From an uncultured Acidobacteriaceae bacterium (lineage in GTDB: Bacteria; Acidobacteriota; Terriglobia; Terriglobales; Acidobacteriaceae), in contig CAVYDK010000014.1 in assembly GCA_963767315.1 (NCBI GenBank), forward strand, positions 45,894 to 109,893: a stretch of 64,000 nt of DNA, given 5' to 3'. A program made the position numbers and the translations under genes. Numbering within the stretch: the first letter of the stretch is position 1; each line of letters opens with the position of its first letter. The notes under the pieces are model-generated. The model was not told where the DNA came from. It saw nothing but the letters and a program-made list of their open reading frames with translations, and made no database searches. Shown here in pieces: positions 58,582 to 64,000 of the stretch.

Positions 58582-60096
58582 ATGAAAGACCTGAAGCAGC
58601 GCGGGCTGCGCATCTTCCAGTGGTTCGAGAAACGCACCGGCCTGCTGAAGCCGATGGCAGAGATGGCCCGGCATCCTACGCCGTCTTCTGCCGCCAGTTG
58701 GTGGTACGTCTTTGGCAGCGCGGCCATGGTGCTGTTGATCCTACAGGTGGTGACCGGCGTTCTGCTGGCCCTGGTCTATTCGCCCAGCGCGAGCAACGCC
58801 TACGCCAGCCTGCAATTCATCAACCACAACCTGCGGCTGGGCTGGTTTTTGCGCGCCATGCACGGATGGGGATCGGACTTCATGATCGCCATCGTGCTCA
58901 TTCACATGATGCAGGTCTTTCTCTTTGGCGCATACAAATATCCGCGCGAGCTGACCTGGATCGCGGGCGTCTTTCTGCTCGTGCTCACCCTGGGCATGGC
59001 CTTCACCGGACAGGTCTTGCGCTTCGATCAGGACGCCTACTGGGGCCTGGGCATCGGCGCTTCCGTCATCAGCCGCATTCCGTTCGCCGGCGCTCCCATG
59101 GTGCATCTCCTGCTGGGCGGGCCGATCATCGGCGGCGCCACGCTTTCGCGCTTCTTTGCGCTGCACGTCTTCCTGATACCCGCTCTGCTGCTGGCCTTCG
59201 TGGGCCTGCACCTGCTGATGGTTCTGCGCCTGGGAATCAATGAATGGCCGATGCCGGGGCGTCTTGTGCGCAAGTCGGATTATGACCGCAATTACGCGGC
59301 TTTGACCAAATCCACCGGCGTTCCCTTCGTGCCGGATGCCGCGTGGAAAGACGCTGTCTTTGCGGCAGTCCTCCTGCTTGCCGTGATGGCCTGCGCCTTC
59401 TTCTTCGGTCCCTTTGGCCCGGGCGGAGAGCCGGATCCGGCCATCATTCAAACCGTGCCGCGTCCCGACTTCTTCTTCCTCTGGCTCTATGCCGTGCTGG
59501 CCTTCCTGCCGCCGGAGATGGAGACTCCAGCCCTGCTGATTGCTCCCGTGGCGATTGTCGGCGGACTGCTCTTGTTGCCGCTGATTGCAGGCGAGGGCGA
59601 GAAGCATTGGTCGCGCCGGCCGGTTGCGGGCCTCATGGTCACGCTGATCGCGGTCACGCTGGGCACATTCACTCACCTTGGCCTTCATACGCCGTGGAGT
59701 CCGGCGATGGATTCGTGGTCCAGCGATCCCGTGCCGGCATCTTTCATAGAGCATAGGACCCCGCTGGAACGGCGAGGCGCCCTGCTGCTGCAACAGAAGC
59801 AGTGCCGCAACTGCCATTCCATTGGAGGCGTGGGCGGAAGGCGCGGCCCCGCTCTGGATGCGGTTGCAACCGAGATGACCGGGGACCAGATCGTTCGCCA
59901 GATTCTGCAGGGCGGCGGCAATATGCCGGCCTACGGCAAGGCGCTCAGCCCGGAAGAAACCACCGCCATCACGCAGTACCTGCGAACGCTGCGCGGGCCG
60001 GGATTGCCTCCGGCGGCCGATGCTTCGCAAGGCTTGCAGCCACAGAACGCCTCGCACCCGGTTGACTCAACCAGGGGTTCATCGGGTGCGCCATGA
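58582..60096 (+). CDS. cytochrome b + subunit IV + cytochrome c fusion
   Basis: RAMHGWGS, RFFALHV, PDFFFLW (PEWY-equivalent), C-terminal CRNCH. Confidence 0.92.
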   Translation: MKDLKQRGLRIFQWFEKRTGLLKPMAEMARHPTPSSAASWWYVFGSAAMVLLILQVVTGVLLALVYSPSASNAYASLQFINHNLRLGWFLRAMHGWGSDFMIAIVLIHMMQVFLFGAYKYPRELTWIAGVFLLVLTLGMAFTGQVLRFDQDAYWGLGIGASVISRIPFAGAPMVHLLLGGPIIGGATLSRFFALHVFLIPALLLAFVGLHLLMVLRLGINEWPMPGRLVRKSDYDRNYAALTKSTGVPFVPDAAWKDAVFAAVLLLAVMACAFFFGPFGPGGEPDPAIIQTVPRPDFFFLWLYAVLAFLPPEMETPALLIAPVAIVGGLLLLPLIAGEGEKHWSRRPVAGLMVTLIAVTLGTFTHLGLHTPWSPAMDSWSSDPVPASFIEHRTPLERRGALLLQQKQCRNCHSIGGVGGRRGPALDAVATEMTGDQIVRQILQGGGNMPAYGKALSPEETTAITQYLRTLRGPGLPPAADASQGLQPQNASHPVDSTRGSSGAP

Positions 60097-60926
60097 ACGA
60101 TGCCAATGCCTTGCAGGCCCTCATGCGCGATTGGACCCTGCCGCTGCCTTTGACGTGCAGCATCGCGCTCTCCGCCGTAGTCTATCTCGTGGGATGGATG
60201 CGCATCCGGCGCACGCGGCCCAGGCAGTTTCCCGTCTGGCGGCTCTGCTCCTTTGAACTGGGCATGGCAGTCTTGTGGGGCGCGATCGCTTCGCCCATGG
60301 ACGAATTGGCCGACGCTCTGCTCAGCGCGCACATGGTCGAGCATCTGCTGCTGATGTCGGCTGTTCCTCCGCTGGTCCTGTTGGCCGCGCCGGTAGTCCC
60401 CATGCTGCGCGGGCTGCCGCGGTGGGCTTTGTTTCTGCTGCGTCCGCTGCTCAGGACGGCATGGTTGCGGCGCGCATTCGGTTTTTTGTTGAAGCCCCTT
60501 CCCGCATGGCTGATGATGAACCTGACCTTCCTCGTCTGGCACGTGCCGGCGGCTTACGACTTTGCCCTGGAGAATGAGACTTGGCACGACATCGAGCACC
60601 TGTGCTTTCTGCTCACGTCGCTGCTCTTCTGGAATTGCCTGATTCGCCCCTGGCCATCGCGCAAGCGGCATTTCGGCTGGATGCTGTTGCCCTATCTGGT
60701 GGGCGCGGACCTGGTCAACACCATGCTCTCGGCTTCGCTGGCCTTCTGCGGACGCCCGGTGTATCTCTACTACGCCAGGAACCCAAATCCATTTGGCGTT
60801 TCGCTGCTCGACGATCAGGTACTGGGCGCGATGGTGATGTGGGTCTTCGGTTCGATCGCCTTTCTGGGCCCGGCCATGTGGATTACAATTCGGCTGCTCG
60901 ATCAACCCAAGGAGCGTCTCGCATGA
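60093..60926 (+). CDS. ctaG: caa3 oxidase assembly factor CtaG family
   Basis: LSAHMVEHLLL, WHVP, DDQVLGAMVMW. Confidence 0.88.
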   Translation: MNDANALQALMRDWTLPLPLTCSIALSAVVYLVGWMRIRRTRPRQFPVWRLCSFELGMAVLWGAIASPMDELADALLSAHMVEHLLLMSAVPPLVLLAAPVVPMLRGLPRWALFLLRPLLRTAWLRRAFGFLLKPLPAWLMMNLTFLVWHVPAAYDFALENETWHDIEHLCFLLTSLLFWNCLIRPWPSRKRHFGWMLLPYLVGADLVNTMLSASLAFCGRPVYLYYARNPNPFGVSLLDDQVLGAMVMWVFGSIAFLGPAMWITIRLLDQPKERLA

Positions 60927-61948
60927 ATCCTTCCTTATTGCAAATAGCCGAAGGGCCGCTCGTTTCCATCGGCGGCCTGCCGCCATCGTTCCCCGCGCGG
61001 GACCAGCCGCTCCCGCATCCGATTCACATTCATGCGCCCAGTCCCGGGGCCACGGCAACGCTGCTGCACGACTGCTTCGTGCTCTTCAAAGTGCGGGTTG
61101 TGACGCTTGTGCTGGTCACCGCGTGGGGCGGCTACTATCTGGGCGCGATGCACTCCGGCGTATCCAGCGTGCAACGCGGCTTGCTCGGTGCATTGCTGGG
61201 CATCGGGCTGGTCTCCGCCGGCGCCGGAGCGCTCAATGAAGCCCTGGAACGCAAGACCGACGCGCGCATGAAACGCACCGCCGATCGCCCCCTCGCCGCT
61301 GGACGCTTCTCGCTTGCGCAGGGTGTGATGGCCGGCATGGGCGCGCTGTTCCTGGGCGCATTGGACCTGCATTTCTTCGCCAATCCACTCACCACGCTGC
61401 TGGCGCTGCTGACCGCGTTTGCCTACGTTGCGGTGTACACGCCGCTCAAGCGCGTTACCCCTCTGGCCACCTTCATCGGCGCATTTCCAGGCGCCATGGG
61501 GCCGATGCTGGGATGGACAGCGGCGCGTGGACGCATCGAGTGGCCCGGCGTTGCGCTCTTCGCCATTCTCTGGGTCTGGCAATTTCCCCACTTCATGTCC
61601 ATCGCCTGGCTCTATCGCGAAGACTATGCGCGCGCGGGCATTCGTATGCTTCCGGTCGTGCATCCGGATGGATGGTCCACCGTGGTCCAGGCCTTGGTCT
61701 TTGCCGTCCTGATGGTTCCGGTAAGCCTCGCGCCGTGGCGGCTGGGCATGGCGAGCGGAACCTATGCGGTCCTGGCTGTCCTGCTCGGCTTCATCTATCT
61801 GGCTTATACCCTTCGCTTCATGCGTATCCTGCGCCCTGTCCCCGAGGCAGAAAGCCGCATGGTGGCCCGCGATCTGCTCAAGGTAAGCGTGCTCTATCTG
61901 CCGCTGCTCTTCACCATATTGATGCTGTGCGCCACGCGCATTTCATGA
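60923..61948 (+). CDS. ctaB: heme o synthase (protoheme IX farnesyltransferase)
   Basis: LNEALERKTDARMKRTADRPL, YTPLKR, WQFPHF, DYARAGIRMLP. Confidence 0.94.
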   Translation: MNPSLLQIAEGPLVSIGGLPPSFPARDQPLPHPIHIHAPSPGATATLLHDCFVLFKVRVVTLVLVTAWGGYYLGAMHSGVSSVQRGLLGALLGIGLVSAGAGALNEALERKTDARMKRTADRPLAAGRFSLAQGVMAGMGALFLGALDLHFFANPLTTLLALLTAFAYVAVYTPLKRVTPLATFIGAFPGAMGPMLGWTAARGRIEWPGVALFAILWVWQFPHFMSIAWLYREDYARAGIRMLPVVHPDGWSTVVQALVFAVLMVPVSLAPWRLGMASGTYAVLAVLLGFIYLAYTLRFMRILRPVPEAESRMVARDLLKVSVLYLPLLFTILMLCATRIS

Positions 61949-62268
61949 GGAAGCGATGCAGACTGCTTCCTCCGGTCCAATAAATCGTCCGCAAACTGCA
62001 CGCAACGTCCTCGCTGCCATTCTGGTGGTCGGCGCTGTGGCTACCGGAGCCCACGCCGTGTCCATTCGTTCCCTCCGAAGGTTCTAGTTGCTTGTCACAA
62101 CCAGCTTCTCCGGTTCAGTTCGAATGGACAACCTCTTGAAAGATCACAGGTGGTCCTGTATCAATCGGTGAATTGCAAGAAACGGACCTTCGAGGGTCCG
62201 GTCAGAGAAAAGGCCAGTTCACGCGCGGCATTCCTGCCGTGTGGGAGATTCTCTGGTGCCATAAACTC

Positions 62269-62303
62269 GTAGCAATAGCCCGACCATGCGGGCTTATTGC
62301 TAC
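62269..62303. repeat. inverted repeat downstream of tRNA-Ser (terminator or integrase arm site)
   Basis: GTAGCAATA-GCCCG-ACCATG-CGGGC-T-TATTGCTAC. Confidence 0.55.
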
Positions 62304-62337
62304 ACAAGTTGAATAAAATGAATAACTTAAGACTAGA

Positions 62338-62427
62338 TGGCGGAAGAGGAGGGATTCGAACCCCCGGTGCCCTTTCAGGCACGCCAGTTTTCAAGACTGG
62401 AGCCATCAACCACTCGGCCACTCTTCC
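62338..62427 (-). tRNA. tRNA-Ser(TGA)
   Basis: GGAAGAGTGGCCGAGTGG...CTTGAAA...long variable arm...GGTTCGAATCC...GCCA, 90 nt. Confidence 0.97.
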
Positions 62428-62475
62428 TCTGCCCAGTTTAGTCTGCGATGGCGCGTTGCGTAAAACAGAAACGCG

Positions 62476-63258
62476 CTAGAACGCGTCCACAGGGAGCTGG
62501 CGTTTGCGGTACTCATCGAGGTAGAGGGTCATGGGCTGGGGCATGACATCGCGGTAGAGGCCCATCTTGAAGTAGAAGAAGCTGGGAGCGGGGTAGCCAG
62601 TGGCCGCGTTCTCCGGGTTGGCGGTGACGCCGGTGTAATCGACGACCTGCTTGCCGTCGAGCCATGCCTTGATACGTCCGGTTGACTGCGGGGTGAAGCG
62701 CACCTGGAAGCGGAGGTCGAGCCAGCGCCCACGCAGGTCGCGCTTCTCTTCGTAGAGAACAGCCTTTTCGCTGCGGCCAAAGCTCTGCGTAATACGGAGA
62801 ACCCCGCCAACGTAGCGCACGGCGAGTACCGGGCTGTCGTCGGAGCAGGGGGCGGAGTCGGAGCCGCAATACTGCTTCCACTGGGCGACAACCAGGCGGA
62901 CGGGGACGATGGGGAAGTCAGCGGGGAAGAAGAGGCTGAAGGACTGCTCGTATGGGACGCCTTCGCGCCCGGTGAGGCGGCGCGCCTCGGTGAGTTCGTC
63001 GCGTTCGCTGTCGGCGTCGCCGTTGATTCCGGCTTCGAACTTGTCGTTGGCGTGAATGGTGAGCTGGACGGCGCCGTGGCCCGCGCGGGTGATGGCGGAT
63101 TGCAGGGTGAGCGCTCCGGGGGCGATGCGTGTGGTCTCCCAGAGAGGGCTGAGGGTGGGGGTCTCGAAGCCGTCGTAGACGTCGATGGGAGTGGCGGGCG
63201 CGGGAAGCGTCTGCGAGAGCGCGGGGAGGGTTGCGAAGAGCAGGACAAATTTCCACAT
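62476..63258 (-). CDS. secreted polysaccharide-lyase-like (beta-jelly-roll) protein
   Basis: Own signal peptide MWKFVLLFATLPALS; SERDEL, VVAQWKQ, GRIKAWLDG, YFKMGLYR. Confidence 0.7.
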   Translation of the reverse strand: MWKFVLLFATLPALSQTLPAPATPIDVYDGFETPTLSPLWETTRIAPGALTLQSAITRAGHGAVQLTIHANDKFEAGINGDADSERDELTEARRLTGREGVPYEQSFSLFFPADFPIVPVRLVVAQWKQYCGSDSAPCSDDSPVLAVRYVGGVLRITQSFGRSEKAVLYEEKRDLRGRWLDLRFQVRFTPQSTGRIKAWLDGKQVVDYTGVTANPENAATGYPAPSFFYFKMGLYRDVMPQPMTLYLDEYRKRQLPVDAF

Positions 63259-64000
63259 AGCTGTTGGTTCGTACTTGATGATGCCGCGGGGGCTGGCGGC
63301 GATGAAGTCGGCGAGGTAGCGGACGTGCTCGGCGGCGGATGGATCGAGCGCGTAAGCTGCGACGGGCGCGGCGGCGGATAGCTCGGTTGTTGGGGCTGCG
63401 CCTCCGGCCAGCAGCGTGGCGCGGATGGCGGCCAGCGCGTCCGTGGTGTTCAGCTTGGAGGCCTGCAGCAGGCGGTAGGCCTGGCGCAGTGCCTTGAGCT
63501 GCGCGGGCGTAAAGCCGCGCCGCTCCAGGCCGACCTTGTTCAGACCGTAGGCGTGGTTGTTGCGCTCGATGCAGGTAAGCGAGTAGGGCAGCACGTCCTG
63601 CGTAATCGTCGTCCCGCCGCCGATGTAGGAGTAGCGGCCGATGCGGCAGTACTGATGCACCGGGCAGAGCGCGCCGACGACGGCGTACTCCTCAATGGTG
63701 ACGTGGCCGGCCAGCGTGGCCGCGTTGGCCAGGATGCATCCGTCGCCGATCTGGCAGTCGTGGCCGATGTGGACGTAGGCCATGATGAGGCAGCCCGAGC
63801 CCAGGCGGGTGACGCCGCCGCCGCCCACCGTCCCGCGCGATATGGTGACCGACTCGCGAATAGTATTGTTGTCGCCCAGCTCGCAGCGCGTAGGTTCGCC
63901 CGCGTACTTCAGGTCCTGCGGCGCGACGCCGACCGAGGCGAAGGGGAAGATGCGGTTGCCGCGGCCCAGGGTGAGATGGCCGTCGAGCACAACATGGGAG
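63259..64000 (-). CDS. lpxA: UDP-GlcNAc O-acyltransferase LpxA (5' end outside the window, stop codon absent)
   Basis: PQDLKY, IRESVTISRGT, MAYVHIGHDC, LAGHV, GLNKVGLERRGF, SPRGIIK. Confidence 0.93.

Noticed and set aside
63271-63273. Stop-codon recoding as the cause of the LpxA fusion
   Set aside because: The codon is TAC (Tyr), and all other genes end normally at TAA/TAG/TGA under the standard code.

Overview
The window looks like acidobacterial (Terriglobia-type) DNA, judged from the gene repertoire: CarboxypepD-type TonB receptors, a DUF1175/alpha-2-macroglobulin cluster and a bc-caa3 cluster. It is a mosaic built around tRNA integration hotspots. (1) 1-21.9 kb: an island array marked by four copies of a ~115-155 bp att-like arm ending in a tRNA-Pro(TGG) core. 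The last copy is a full attP-like junction with an inverted arm. Cargo comprises a RelE-type TA pair, a pectin locus (TonB receptor, GH28, truncated pectinesterase), an IS1595 with a passenger gene, a gvpA-less gas-vesicle fragment, a TonB receptor plus Tat phosphoesterase, and several IS481-like copies or ends. (2) 22-34 kb: a sulfate-assimilation cluster (tauE, cysH, cysN, cysD, tRNA-Cys, TonB receptor // sir, cysG). Three unannotated short leader ORFs precede cysD, the TonB receptor and sir. Each has three Cys codons, all TGT, including a TGT-TGT pair, and ends 94-112 nt upstream of the gene. One sits on a textbook leaderless promoter with a downstream terminator; another is followed by an SD-sequestering hairpin. 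This candidate cysteine-sensing attenuation regulon is the top finding. (3) 34-62 kb, between convergent tRNA-Arg(CCG) and tRNA-Ser(TGA): a lipid-modification operon with a CadC-like regulator, a thioester alpha-2-macroglobulin/SpoIID/PBP cluster, two glycosidases and a complete cytochrome bc + caa3 oxidase cluster. (4) The window ends in lpxA, whose stop codon appears lost so that it reads into a lyase-like gene. All protein calls come from motif recognition by eye; no searches were run.
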